Shown here: in pieces, positions 36,038-49,576 of the stretch | Layout: every line of letters starts with the position of its first letter | Numbering within the stretch: the stretch's first letter is position 1 | Source: Vicugna vicugna | Lineage: Eukaryota | Length of the DNA stretch: 64,000 nt | Assembly: GCA_013265495.1 (NCBI GenBank) | Contig: MU058213.1 | Span: 5,849,149-5,913,148, forward strand | Reading direction: 5' to 3' | Program-made: the position numbers and the translations under genes | The notes under the pieces: generated by a model | Seen by the model: the letters and a program-made list of their open reading frames with translations, nothing else | Database searches by the model: none | What the model was told of the DNA's origin: nothing

Positions 36038-39000
36038 AAATATCAAGCATATTTTCTGACTACAACAGTATGAATCAAGATCAACCACAGGAAGAAAAAT
36101 GACAAAAAACAAAACAAAACAAAACAAAAAACATTAGATGGAGGCTAATTAACATGTTACTAAAAAAACCAATGGGTCAATGATGAAATGAAAGAGGAAA
36201 TCAGAAAATATCTCAAGACAAACAACAATGAAAACACAACTTTACAAAATCTATAGGATGAAGCAAAAGCAGTTCTAAGAGGGAAGTTCATAGCGATACA
36301 GGCCTTCTTCAAGAAACAAACAAAAAATCTTAAACAACCTAACCTAAGCAACCACCTAAAAGAATTAGAAAAAGAAGAACAAAACTGAAAGTCAGCAGAA
36401 AGAAGTAAATAATAAAGATCAGAGAGGAAACAAATAAAATAGAGGGTTTTTTTAAATAGAAAAAAAATTAGTAAAAACCAAGAACTGACTTTTTGAAAGG
36501 ATAAACAAAATTGACAAACCTCTAACCAGGCTCACCAAGAAGAAAGGAGAGAGTGCCCAAACAGACAAAATAAGAAATGAAAGAGGAGAAATAGCAACCA
36601 ATACTGCAGAAAAAAAAAATCATGAGAAAATACTATGAACAAGTTATTTGCCAACAACTTGGACAAACTGGAATAAATGAACATGTTTCTAAAAACATAA
36701 CAGACTGCCAAAACTGAGTCAAGAAGAAACAGATTAATTTGAACAGATTGATCACTAGGAATGAAATAGGATCTAAAATATTTAAAAATTCTATGCAAAC
36801 AAAATTCCAGGACTGGATGATTTCACTAGGGAATCCACCATATAGACAAACAAGAAATTATACTTATCCTTCTCAAATTATTCCAAAAAGAGTGAAGAGG
36901 GGGAACACTCCCAAAGTCATTCTGTGAAGCTGCTATCACCCTGATACCAAAACCAGACAAAGACACTCCAAAAAGAAAAAAGAAAAGAAAATTACAGGCT
37001 AATCTATTTGATGAATATAGATGCAAAAAATTCTCAACAAAATATTAGCAAACAGAATCCAACAACTCATAAAAAGAATCATACACCATGATCAAGTAGG
37101 ATCCATTCCAAGGTCACAAGTCTGGTTCGACATATGCAAATCAATGTGATACATTACATCAACAAAAGAAAAGACAAAACCACACAATCATCTCAATAGA
37201 TGCAGAAAAAGCATTTGACAAAATTCAACATGCACTCATGATAAAAAGTGTCACCAAAGTGGATATAGAGGGAACATATCTCAACATAATGAAAGCAATT
37301 TATGACACACCCACAGCCAATATAATACTCAATGTGAAAAGCTGAAAGCCTTCATTGCTAAAGTCTGGGACAAGACAAGAATGCCCACTCTCACTGCTTC
37401 TATTCAACATAGTATTGGAAGTCCTAGCCATAGCATTTAGACAAGAAGAAGCAATAAAAGATACCCAAGTTGGAAGAGAAGAGGTATAATTGTCATTATA
37501 TCTAGAGGGCATGATATTCTGTATAGAAAACCCTAAAGACTCCACACAAAAACCATGAGAACTAATAAGTGAATTCAGTAAACTAGCATATATCAGATTA
37601 ATATACAGAAATCTGTTGCATTTCTTTACACTAACAGTGAAATATCAGAAAAAAATAAAATACAGTCTTTTTAAAAATTGCGTCAAAAAATACCTAGAAA
37701 TAAACCTAACCAAGGATGTAAAAGACTTATATGCTGAGAACTATAAAACATTGATAAAGAAAATTGAAGATGACTCAAAGAAATGGAAAGATATACCATG
37801 CTCTTGGATTGAAGAATTAATATTGTTAAAATGGCCATACTACCCAAAGCAATCTACAGATTTTATGCAATCCCTATCAAACTACCCAGGACATTTTTCA
37901 CAGAACTAGAACAAATAATCCTAAAATTTATATGGAACCATAAAAGACCTACAATTGCCAAAACAATCCTGAGGAAAAAGAACACAGCTGGAGGTATAAC
38001 CCTCCCAGACTTCAGATAATACTACAAAGCAGCAGCAATGAAAAGAATGTAGTATTGGCACAAAAACAGACATATGGATCAGTGGAACAGAATAGAGAGC
38101 CCAGAAATAAACCCACATACCTGTGGTCAATTAATCTTTCACAAGAGAGGCAAGAATATACAATAGAGAAAAGACAGTTTCTTCAGCAAGTGGTGTTGGG
38201 AAGCCTCGTGTAAATCAAAATCGTTTTAAGACTTATATGTAAGACCATAGAACTTCTAGAGGAGAATGTAGGCAAAACATTTTCTGACATAAATTGTAGC
38301 AATGCTGTCTTAGGTCAATCTCCCATGGTAAAAGAAATAAAAGCATAAAAATAAACAAATGGGACCTAATCAAACTTAAATGCTTTTTCACAGCAAAGGA
38401 AACCATAAACAAAAAGACAACCTATGGACTGGGAGAACATATTTGCAAATAATGCAACTGACAAGGGCTTAATTTCCAAAATATGCAAATGGTTCATACA
38501 ACTCAACAACAACAAAAAACACTTAATTTAAAAATGGGCTGAAGACCTAAATAGACATTTCTCCAAAGAAGACATACAGATGGCCAAAAGAATGAATAGA
38601 TGCTCAAAATCACTGATTATTAGAGAAATGCAAATCAAAACTATAACGAGGTATTACCTCACACCAGCCAGAATGGCCATCATTAAAAAGTCTACAAATA
38701 ATAAATGCTGGAGAGGGTGTGGAGAAAAAGGAACCTTCCTGCACTATTGGTGGGAATGGAAATTGGTGCAGCTACTATGGAGGACAGCATGCAGGTTCCT
38801 TAAAAAACTAAAAATAGACTTACCATAGGATCCTGCAATCCCACTTCTGGGCATATATTCAAAGAAAACTCCAATTTGAAAAAGTACATTCACCCCAATC
38901 TTCATAGCAGCACTATTCACAGTAGCCAAGACACGGAAACAACCTAAGTATCTATCAACAGATGAATAGATAAAAATACATGGAATATTACTCAGCCATA

Positions 39001-39430
39001 AAAATGAGTGAAGTATTGCCAGTTGCAGCAACATGGATGGACCTAGAGGTTATCATACTGAGTGAACTAAGTCAGGCAGAGAAAGACAAATCACTCATAT
39101 GTGGAATGTGAAAAATAATACAAATGAATTTATTTACAGAACAAAAACAGACTCACAGACATAGAAAGCAAACTTATGGTTACCAAATAGTAAAGTAAGG
39201 GGAGAGATAAATTAATAAGAGTATGGCGTTAACAGATACACCCCATTATATATTACATAGATAAATAATAAAATTTACTGTATAGCACAGGGAACTATAT
39301 TCAGTATCTTATAATAACCTATAATGGAAAATAACCTGAAAAAAATTTGTATGCATAACTGAATCACTTTGCTATATACCTGAAACTAACACAATGTTTT
39401 AACGTACTATACTTCAATTAAAAAAAAAAA
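36038..39430 (+). mobile_element. 5'-truncated L1 (about 3.4 kb; ORF2 from the end of EN through RT and 3' UTR), frameshifted, with an internal deletion near 38210
   Basis: ORF2 fragments ([39 protein letters not shown]). Poly(A) at 39420-39430. Confidence 0.95.
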
Positions 39431-40126
39431 GAACTAATGATTTCTGGGTTCTGAGCATGAACAATTGGATGAATGATGGTGCACTTTATTGAAACACAGA
39501 ACACTAGAAGAGAAGAAAGTTACGAAATCAGCCTTGGAACTGTTAGAGCTGCTTCTCAGCTGTCCCCTCAAGTGGAAATGTTGGGTAAATGGTTTAAGAC
39601 TGGAAGAAGTTGTGTGTGCAAATAATAATTTGGCGGAGAGGAGGAGATTTACAAGTAAAATGTGGACGAAGAAGAAAAAATAAGTCCTAGGACAGAGATT
39701 TAAAGAGTGCCAAAATTTAAGGATCAATTAGAGGAGTGTGAACTGGCAAAGGGAACTGAAAAAGAAAAGAACAAAAGGAGAATGTAAAGAATATGGTATC
39801 AAGTAAATCAACAGGGAGGGAGTGTTTCAAGAAAAATGGAGATGGTTTGAATTGGTTAAGAAATGAATGGGATGTTAGAAACTAGAAACACATTTGAAAC
39901 AGTTTGTCTGTGATGGGGCACAGACATAATGGCTCATAGCTGTAGTAGAGTGTGGAATCCAGAAAGGGCTGTTTTTGTTTTTTAATATGAGACTTGATTG
40001 TGTTTAAATATTGATGAAATAGAGAGAGAAATCTTGAAAATTCAGGAGAGGAGATAATTGATGTTAGAAGGCTCCTAAGGAGTTGGAAAGGATAGACATT
40101 TTCACAAATGAAAGGGATTTACCTTT

Positions 40127-41008
40127 GTTAAAAAAGAGATGCTCAAAATTGCTAATTATCAGAGAAACACAAATCAAACCTACAATGAGGTATCACTCCC
40201 AATGGTCAGAAAGACCATCGTTAAAAAAATCCACAAATGATAAATGCTGGAGAGGACGTGGAGAAAAGAGAACCCTCCTATACTGTTGGTGGGAATGTAA
40301 TTTGGTGCAACCATTTCTATGCTGCAAAACACTATGGGGATTCCTTAAAAAACTGAATATAGACTTACCCTATGAGCCAGCAATCCCACTCCTGGGCATA
40401 TATCCAGAGGAAACCCTAATTTGAAAAGACAATTGCATGCCACTGTTCACAGCAACACTATTTCCGATAACTAAGATATGGAAGCAACCTAAATGTCCAT
40501 TGATGGATGACTGGATAAAGAAGATATGGGACATATATACAATGGAATACTACTCGGCCATAAAAAAGAATAAAATAATGCAATTTGCAGCAACATGGAT
40601 GGACCTGGAGATCATTATACTAAGTGAAGTAAGCCAGAAAGAAAAGGAAAAATACCATATGATATCACTTATATGTGAAATCAAAAAAATAAAAATAAAA
40701 AGAGAACACAAATAAACTCATTTTCAAAATGAACACAGACTTACAGACATAGGAAACAAAATTATAGTTACCAGAGGGGAAAGGGGTTGGGGGGGATAAA
40801 TTGAGAGTTCAGGATTTGTGGATACTAACTACTTTATATAAAATAGATAAACAACAGATTTACATTGTATAGCATGGGGAACTATATTCAATACCTTGTA
40901 ATGGCCTATAATGAAAAAGTATGTATATGTGTGTGTTATATATATGAATCACTATGCTGTACACCAGAAATTAACATTGTAAATTGACTATATTTGATTA
41001 AAAAAAAA
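40127..41008 (+). mobile_element. 5'-truncated L1 (ORF2 C-terminus and 3' UTR)
   Basis: ORFs 40083..40424 and 40437..40715 match the L1 ORF2 C-terminus ([22 protein letters not shown]). A tail present. Confidence 0.92.
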
Positions 41009-41454
41009 TATTGACATCACGAAAAAAATTAACATGCTCTTTTACAGCATGTGGGAGAAAGTGTTAAAATACAGAAATTAAGAATAATCACTAGGCAGTG
41101 TTGAGGATGGTAATTATTACATGAATATACTACTTGTGTGATTTTTCTGGGGGAGTATTCTTCAGATTGTAGGCCTGGTAAAGGTAGCTAGTTTGCTATT
41201 CTAGATTTGGGACTTTGTTAGGGGGGTGCAACAAAGACTAGAAGAGCTAAGGAATTTAGGAAGGTGATGGTATTATGAACATGATGATGATATTGTCCAA
41301 ATTTATAAATATTTGCCTAAAGCAAATAAAACACTATTCTTCACTAGGTAGTTCTATTTTTATAGAAGGAATAGTTGGGAACAACTATCCTGGTAGCCAG
41401 TATCTAGGGGAAAGTACTATTGCCTGCAATAGGGACTACCAAAGTGAAACAGTA

Positions 41455-41800
41455 ATGCTGTTTTTAACTTTTTATTATGAAAAATTACAAACTTACAGAA
41501 AAGTAGTGAGAATAATTTAATGTGTGCCTATTATACTTATCACCTACTTTTAACAATTATGTTATTATATTATTTTTCACCTTTTTATATTTTTGCTTAT
41601 ACTTCAATATGAATTTCTAAATGAGAACATTTCCCTTTCAAGGCAGAGTTCCATTACTTTAATAGAATTGTTTATAATTTTTGATATCATCTCATATCCA
41701 GTGCATATTCAAATTCCTCATTTGTTCTCCAAATGGTTTTATGGATAGTTTGTTCAAACCAGGATCTAATCAAGGACCATGTATTAACATTTGGTGAAGT
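41455..41800 (-). mobile_element. L1MC-like 3' UTR fragment
   Basis: tttttattatgaaaaattacaaacttacagaaaagt...ccagtgcatattcaaatt...accaggatctaatcaaggacc. Confidence 0.55.
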
Positions 41801-42588
41801 AACTCCTTTTCAATAGGATTCCTGTGTTTTCCAGGAATCTTTAGGGGCCTTTGGGCTATTTATGTATGCTTCATTATAATCGTCTCAGTGCTATTTCCTA
41901 TATTCCCATTGAACTATATTTCCAGTCCTGAGGGTCTTTATATTAGACTTGCTTTACTTCTGGCAGATTACCCAATGAGTGCGTTCTTTCTAAGAGTCAG
42001 AGACACTTTCCCTTCTCATCGATCAATCATTCATTAACTGACTTACAACAAAATCTTTAACACTTTTGTGGTCGTTGGTGTAGAACTAGAAGCTCTAAAG
42101 GGATGCTTAATAAAATTTAGGGAAGGTGTTCTTGATAAGGAGATAAGAAAATGGAAGATTGGGCCGTTGTTCTGTTAAACCTGTTCAGCATTAAACCTGT
42201 TACTCTCTGTTACACTGATACCTGGATTGTTTGAGTGTCTGTACTTTATAAACTTGAACCCCAGGGAATCTGTGATATAATAAGAATATGAGTAATGAAA
42301 AACTAGAAAGCTGTTTCTTCAGCCAATATATGCCTACTTTAAATACTGCATTAGATCTTCATAAGGCCTTCTAACATTTGACTTTTAAAGAACCCTGAGA
42401 TTTTAGGGCTGCTTTGATATTTAATCACTATGTTGCCCATCTTCCTACCTCTGTGAACTCCTTGGAACACCTAGAATATAAACACAGTTCATGCCATGGA
42501 ATTCCAGATGAGCTTGCAACAAAAGATAAATTTAATATCTGGATAGAATATTTCTCTGCTACAGATAAATGGTGTCTATAACTAGGGA

Positions 42589-42590
<2 letters not shown>

Positions 42591-42650
<60 letters not shown>
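42591..42650 (+). repeat. (TAA)20 perfect microsatellite
   Basis: Read directly from the sequence. Confidence 0.98.
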
Positions 42651-42654
<4 letters not shown>

Positions 42655-42869
42655 CAACTGCCAGTCTCTAGTAAGCTGGCAATCAGTCAAAAGTATCTAA
42701 GCTGTATTATTTATTAGTGGGGCTTATTTTATTATGATTTGCAGAAAGGATCTTTATGCTTTTTTGGCACTCATGTCATATCAAATGCCATTATTGTCTC
42801 AGGCCAAGACCAACAAGGAAGAATCCATGTTGGCAGGACAAAAAGGATTACCTAGGAAAGGTAATTTAG

Positions 42870-44710
42870 TTTCTTTATTGAAGTATAGTTGATTTGCAAT
42901 GTTGAGTTAGTTTCTGGTATACTGCAAAGTGATTCAGTTATATATATGCATATGTGTGCGTATGTGTGTGTGTGTTCTTTTTTCTTTTTCATAATCTTTT
43001 CCATTATGGTCTATTACAGGATATTGAATATAGTTCCTTGTGCTATACAGTAGGACCTTGTTGTTTATTTTATATATACTAGTTTGTATCTACTAATCCC
43101 AAAATCCCTAATTTATCCCTCCCCTACTCCCTTTCCCCTTTGGTAACTGTAAGTTTTTTCCTATGTCTGTGAGTCTGTATGTAAATCAGCTCATTTGTAT
43201 TGTATTTTAGATTTCACATATAAGTGATGTGATATTTGTCTTTCTTAGTCTGTCTTACTTCACTTAGTATGATGATCTGTAGGTCCATCCATGTTACTGG
43301 AAATGCCATTATTTCATTCTTTTTTATGGCTGAGTAGTATTCCATTCTTTATCCACTTATTTGTCAGTGGACATTTAGATTGCTTCTGTGTCTTGGCTAT
43401 TGTGAATAGTGCTCTATGAACATTGGAGTGAATGTATCTTTTCAAGTTAAGAGTTTTACTCTTTTCTGGATATATGCCCAGGAGGGGGATTGCTGAATCA
43501 TATGGTAAGTCTATTTTTAGTTTTTGAAAGAACCTGCATACTGTTTTCCATGGTGGATGCACCAATTTACATTCCCACCAACAGTGTAAGAGGGTTCCTT
43601 TTTCTCCACACCGTCTCCAGCATTTATTATTTGTAGACTTTTTTGTTGATGGCCATCCTGACTGGTGTAAGGTGATACCTCATTATAGTTTTGATTTGCA
43701 TTTCTCTAATAATTAGTGATTTCAGGCATCTATTCATGTACTTTTTGGCCATCTGTATATTTTCTTTGGAGAAATTTGTATTTAAGTCTTCTGCCCATTT
43801 TAAAATTAAGTGGTTTGTTTTTTGTTGTTGTTGAGTTGTGTGAGCCATTTCTGTATTTTGGAAATTAAGCCCTTGTTAGTTGCATCATTTGCAAATATGT
43901 TCTCCCAGTCCATAGGTTGTCTTTTTGTTTTGTTTATGGTTTCCTTTGCTGTGAAAAAGCATATAAGTTTTATTAGGTCCCATTTATTACTTTTTGCTCT
44001 TATTTCTATTGCCTGGATAGACTGCCCTGGGAGAATATTGCTAAGATTTATGTTAGAGGATGTTTTGACTATGTTCTCTTCTTGAAGTTCTGTGGCATCA
44101 TGTTTTATATTTAAGTCTTCAAATCATTTTGAGTTTGTTTTTGTATGTGGTGTGAGGGAATGTTCTAACTTCATTGATTTACATGCAACAGTTCAGTTTT
44201 CCCAACACCACTTGCTGAAGAAACTGTCTTTTCTCCATTGTATATTCATGCCTCCCTTGTCAAAGATTAATTGACCATAGGTGTGTGGGTTTATTTCGAG
44301 GCTCTCTGTTCTGTTCCATTGGCTCATATGTCTGTTTTTGTGCCAATACTACACTCTTCTAATTACTGTAGCTTTGTAGTATTATCTGAAGTTTGGGAGG
44401 GTTATGTCTCCAGCTTTGTTCTTTTTCCTTAGGATTGCTCTGGCAATTGTGGATCCTTTATGATTCCATATACATTTTGGGATTATTTGTTCTAGTTCTT
44501 TGAAAAATGTCATGGGATATTAGTTTGATAGGGATCACATAAAATCTGTAAATTGCTTTGGGTAGTATGGCCATTTTAACAATATCAGTTCTTCCAATCC
44601 AAGCACATGAGATATCTGTCCATTTCTTTGTATCATTCGTAGTTTCTGTGAAGTTCTCAGCATATAAGTCCTTCACCTCCTTGGTCAGGTTTATTCCTAA
44701 GTACTTTTTT
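42870..44710 (-). mobile_element. 5'-truncated L1
   Basis: L1 3' end ttattgaagtatagttgatt. Minus-strand ORF2 fragments at 43314..43565, 43627..43848 and 44458..44676. Confidence 0.93.
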
Positions 44711-44714
44711 TTAA

Positions 44715-46170
44715 TGAGTTTTTTTTTTTACATACATATCTTCCTTTTCACATTCTTTTTCATTATAGGTTACTACAAGATATTGAATGTAGTTCCCTGT
44801 GCTATACAGTATAAAATTATTGTTTATCTATTTTATATATACCAGTTAGTGTCTGCAAATCTAGAATTCCCAATTTATGCCTTCCCATCTCCTTTACCCA
44901 CTGGTAACCGTAAGTTTGTTTCCTGTGTCTGTGAGTCTGTTTCTGTTTTGTAAATAAGTTCATTTGTGTCTTTTTTTTTTTTTAGATTCCACAGATAAGG
45001 TATTTTTTCTTTCTCCTTCTGGCTTACTTCCCTTAGAATGACAATCTCCAGGTCTACCCATGTTGCTGCAAATGGCATTACTTTATTCTTTTTTATGGAT
45101 GAGTAGTATTCCATTGTATATATATACCACATCTTCTTTATCCAGTCATCTGTTGATGGGCATTTAGGTTATTTCCATGTCTTGGCTACTGTACATAGTG
45201 CTACTGTGAACATTTTTTTGAATTAGAGTTCCCTATGGATGTATGTCCTGGAGTGGGTTTTGCAGTATCATATGGTAAATCTATTTTTCATTTTTTGAGG
45301 AATCTCCATACTGTTTTCCATAATGGCTGCACCAAACTGCATTCCCACCAACAGTGTAAGAGGGTTCCCTTTTCTCCACACCCTCTCCAGCATTTATCAT
45401 TTGTGAGCGCTTGATGATGGTCATTCTGACTGGTGTGAGGTATCACCTCATTGTAGTTTTGATTTGCATTTCTCTAATAATTAGCAATATTGAGCATCTT
45501 TACATGTGTCTTTTGGCCATCTGGGTGTCTTCTTTGGAGAAATGTCTGTTTAGGTCTTCTGCCCATTGTTTGATTGAGTTGTTTGTTTGATATTAAGCTA
45601 TATGAGCTGTTTGTATATTTTGGAAATTAGTTCCTTGTCAGTCATGTCATTTGCAGATATTTTCTCCCATTCTGTGGGTTGTCTTTTCATTTTGTTAATG
45701 GTTTCCTTTGTGGTGCAAAAGCTTTTAGGTTTAATTAGGTCCCATTTGTTTATATTTGCTTTTATTCCCATTACTCTCAGAGATGGATCCAAAAAAATAT
45801 ATTGCTGAGATTTATGTTAAAGGATGTTCTGCCTATGTTTTCCTCTACTAGTTTTATAGTATTTGGTCTTATATTTAGGGCTTTAATCCATTTTGAGTTT
45901 ATTTTTATATACGGTGTTAGAAAATGTTCTGATTTCATTCTTTTACATGTAGCTGTCCAGTTTTCTCAGCACCACTTATTAGAGAGACTGTCTTTTCTCC
46001 ATTTGTATGTTCTTGCCTCCTTTGTCATAGATTAATTGACCATAAGTGTGTGGGTTTATTTCTGGACTTTCTGTCCTGTTCCATTGACTTGTGTGTGTGT
46101 GTGTTTTAGTGCCACTACCATACTGTTTTGATTACTGTAGCTTTGTAGTATAGTCTGAAGTCAGGGAGTA
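44715..46170 (-). mobile_element. Second 5'-truncated L1 in tandem, lacking its last ~70 nt
   Basis: ORF2 fragments at 44875..45132 and 45598..45792. The 3' UTR restarts at 44730 after a T run. Confidence 0.9.
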
Positions 46171-47230
46171 TTCTACACACTCTTGACTGTAACTGCTCCT
46201 GGACAATAGGAAAGACACTGTACTTGAGGCATAGCTGTGCTGGACACATAGTAAATGTTCAAGAACAATAATCACTTAGTTTTTTTAAGCTTCAGAATTA
46301 ATTCATTAATTTCTTTACCCTCACCACCAAACTCTTTAAAGGAATTTCTTATTATTAATTATTTATATTATGTACAGATGAGAACATGAAAGTATGATTC
46401 TTGTGTAATAAACAGTATATTAACCAATGGGAACTCTGAGCAAGTAAATGAAAAGTTTTATCCTTGGTAGATCTAAAGGAAAAATGGCTTACAAATTTTA
46501 TATGGTATACTAGGGACACTTTACATATGTTTGGACTTGGAACTAATGCTTATGAACAATTAGAGAAAAATGCTAAATTCTTTGGTATTGACTATAAATA
46601 CATTATAAGTTCATTGATTGATTTAATAAACATTAAGCACCAACTTCATGATACACCCTACACTAGATCCAGAGGTAGAGAGATTTAAAACTAGTCTGGG
46701 GAACGAGGCAGGAAAACACAATCATCATACAATGTGATTCAGTGTGACAGTAGAAATAAGTGCAAAGGACTGTTGGTGTACAAATTGAGAACAGCTAAAG
46801 GTGAAGAGAGAGGAAAAATTGGTATGGATTAGATTAGTCATATAGGCTTAATTTTTTAAAAACCACTCAATGTGTTATCATTTTATTGTGACTGTGTCTT
46901 AACTTGTTATCTGATGTATTTTTATGAATTTGTACTTTTCTGTATTTGAAATGAGGTTATAAGCCCCCAAAGGCTATTTTATAAGTTATGAATTAGTTGA
47001 GCCATGAACTCTTATTTCTCATTGCAGTGCAGTGTGCCAATTATAATCTATATTCAGAGCCATGTGAATATAATTCTATGAGCAAATAAAATATGTACTT
47101 GGTCTACTGTTTCTTATGTTGTGCAGATCTAACTAATAGGAATAATTTTGTTTTAAACAGATTACACAGTTTCTCCTATGTTAACTAGTTTTGATCAATT
47201 TAACAGTTCTTTCTCTTATTTCTTACTAAG

Positions 47231-47404
47231 GGTCTACTGTATTTGTTGGTAACAGACCAGGGGTTTCTCACGGAAGAAAAAGTTGTTTGGGAGAGCCTAC
47301 ACAATGTCGATGGTGATGGAAATTTCTGTGACTCAGAATTTCATCTGCGGCCTCCTTCAGATCCTGAAACTGTATACAGAGGACAACAAGATCAGATAGA
47401 TCAG
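47231..47404 (+). CDS. MINDY2: MINDY2 coding exon 7, GLLYLLVTDQGFLTEEKVVWESLHNVDGDGNFCDSEFHLRPPSDPETVYRGQQDQIDQ
   Basis: Acceptor ttcttactaag, donor CAG|gtagac, 174 nt, LVTDQGF...VWESL motif. Confidence 0.96.
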
Positions 47405-47705
47405 GTAGACTGTTGTTCTGTCTGCTCTTATTGTTTGAAATGCTCTTTCCTTTCAAATGTGAATTTAGTATCCAAACTTTTGAAGTCAAGATTTGTTCAT
47501 TAGTTTACGTGTGAAATTTTCCTGATACTTCCTAAATAGGTAAGTGATCATTCTGCATGTACATTAATTATACACTTAGGTTCAGAAGGCTAGATTATAT
47601 TGGACTATATTGAACTATGAAAGTCATGGTAAAGTTTGAATTTTATTCTAATTGTAGTAGGGAAGATATGCCAAGTATTTAACATGGAACGGACATGATC
47701 TACTT

Positions 47706-47780
47706 TTTTTGTTTTTAATTGAGGTAACGTTAGCTTATAACATTACATATTCATGTGTACGTTATATTTGTACTTCTGTA
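47706..47780 (-). mobile_element. L1 extreme 3' end with poly(A), fused to the U6 copy
   Basis: Minus strand reads tgtaatgttataagctaacgttacctcaattaaaaacaaaaaaa, typical of an L1 terminus. Short TSD tactt at 47701-47705 and 47886-47890. Confidence 0.8.
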
Positions 47781-47885
47781 AAAAATATGGAATGCTTCAT
47801 GAATTTGCATGTCATCCTTGCATAGGGGGCCATGCTACTCTTTGTATTGTTCCCATTTTAGTATGTGTGCTGCCGAAGCAATCAC
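47781..47885 (-). pseudogene. U6 snRNA retrocopy (near full length), 5' part of a U6/L1 chimera
   Basis: Reverse complement reads GTGATTGCTTCGGCAGCACACATACTAAAATGGGAACAATACAAAGAGTAGCATGGCCCCCTATGCAAGGATGACATGCAAATTCATGAAGCATTCCATATTTTT, i.e. U6 with CpG decay and a damaged ACAGAGA box. Confidence 0.95.
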
Positions 47886-49237
47886 TACTTAACGTTTAAA
47901 AAACCTGCCGTATGGAGAATGCACAGGAAGGACACACGTGTAAGCAGACCAGTGATCCAAGCCAGAGGTGATGATAGCTTACCTTGGTGGTAAAGATGAA
48001 GAGACGAGTACATGTTTGAGATCTACTCTGGCTGGTCAGAAAAAGTAGAAAAGAGGGAGTCTTGAAAATAGAGTGCATTGGGTAAAGAGTAGGTGGGTAT
48101 TCTAAGCCTTATAGTCCAAGGTAAGGAGGACAGACACAGCAGGAGCTGCCCTACTGAGTGGAATTCTCCTTTAGAACTGAGACAGATGAGATTTTTGCCT
48201 GCTGTAGGTGAGCAGGCTTGGAGTCACAAGTGTGCTTATTACTAGAAGTATAACAGGGATGTGACATTTTCTTCAACTGAGGCAGAAATATGGTTCTGTT
48301 AAGCAGTTGGCACATGTTTCACTGATAACAATTCAAGTGCATAGAAACTGCATTAATTTAGCCTATATTCACTGAGCAGTCGTATTTTCTGGCACTGTAA
48401 CTAGGTCCTGGGGACACAAAATAAATCATTCAGTCCTGTGCTCAAAGATTGCAGTTTAGCTGGGGAGCCAGATATTTGACCAACTAATATATGTTAAGTT
48501 CTATAACAGCCATTTGAATAGCAAGCTATGAGTGTGCAAAATACTTGATGAAAATAAATGCTAATATTTCTAGGACTCTTGGTTTTCCTTTGACAGTCAT
48601 CATAATCAACATACTCAACAACCTTTTGCTTATCCTCTGTGATTATTTAAAATTCTCAAAAAAAATTAAAAATAAAGTAAAATAAAATTCTCTTATTTTA
48701 AGGGTAGATTGAGGGAGGTGCATGGAGTAGTCAAGTTTCATTCAGCACTGATTCTTAATAAAAGTGGATGTTAAGTTAGATAATATAATTTTTAACTAAA
48801 GATGCATCAGTTTTTTAATAGGAAATAATCTGTGTGAGGGGGAGGAGTGTGGCGGTAGTTAAGTAACTGAATATGATTGTGTGATGGACAGCCATGTTGG
48901 CTTTAAAAGTCATATTGGGAAGAATATTTAGTAAATAATCTTGGGAAGTTCTTATGATTTTTTTTTTAACAGAAGACTTTTATGACATTAAATGGGAAAG
49001 AAAACAGATCCTAGTAGTTTCAGGGCTTGTGAGATGTGTTTGCGTTTGTTAATGTAGAAAAAACGAGTTGGGTTACATATTAATCGTTAAATGTAGTTCT
49101 CTCTGTATAATGATATTATGGTGATCTTAACTTTCTTTTTTATGCTTTTTTATTTTGTCTAAATTTTCTACAGACTTGTGTTTAAGCTTTCTTGAATGCC
49201 TTACATACTGCTTCTAGAAAGAATTTCAAATGAATTT

Positions 49238-49367
49238 GTTGTTGTTGTTGGGGGGAGGTAATTAGGTTTATTTATTTACTATTTTTTTTTAATGGAGATA
49301 CTGGGGATAGAACACAGGACCTTGCATGCTAGGCATGCACTCTACCACTGTCCTATAACCCCCCGCC
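49238..49367 (-). mobile_element. tRNA-derived camelid (Vic-1-type) SINE
   Basis: Minus strand GGGGGGTTATAGGACAGTGGTAGAGTGCATGC...GGTCCTGTGTTCTATCCCCAGTATCTCC...AAACCTAATTACCTCCCCCC. TSD aatttcaa(a/g)tgaattt at 49222-49237 and 49369-49384. Confidence 0.85.
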
Positions 49368-49576
49368 AAATTTCAAGTGAATTTTAACAAAGGCAGAATC
49401 ACTGAAATGTTTATAACTCCCAAACAGAAATAGATAGCTTGTATTTTTATATTTAAACTCTGGTATGTTTTTTAAAAGCCATTCTCATAGGCTTATAGAT
49501 ATAACCTCTATATTTACATACATCTGTTCTTCGGTAAAATCGCGTAGCTAAAGATGGCTATAATTTAATTTCTTAG

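Noticed and set aside
1485..46035. Numerous 60-130 aa ORFs in the track
   Set aside because: They are L1 ORF2 fragments, their antisense frames or chance ORFs in AT-rich DNA. No intact ORF1 or ORF2 is present.
47781..47885. Functional U6 snRNA gene
   Set aside because: The ACAGAGA box is mutated with an adjacent deletion, CpGs have decayed, it is fused to an L1 tail, and the flank is L2 rather than a recognisable U6 promoter.
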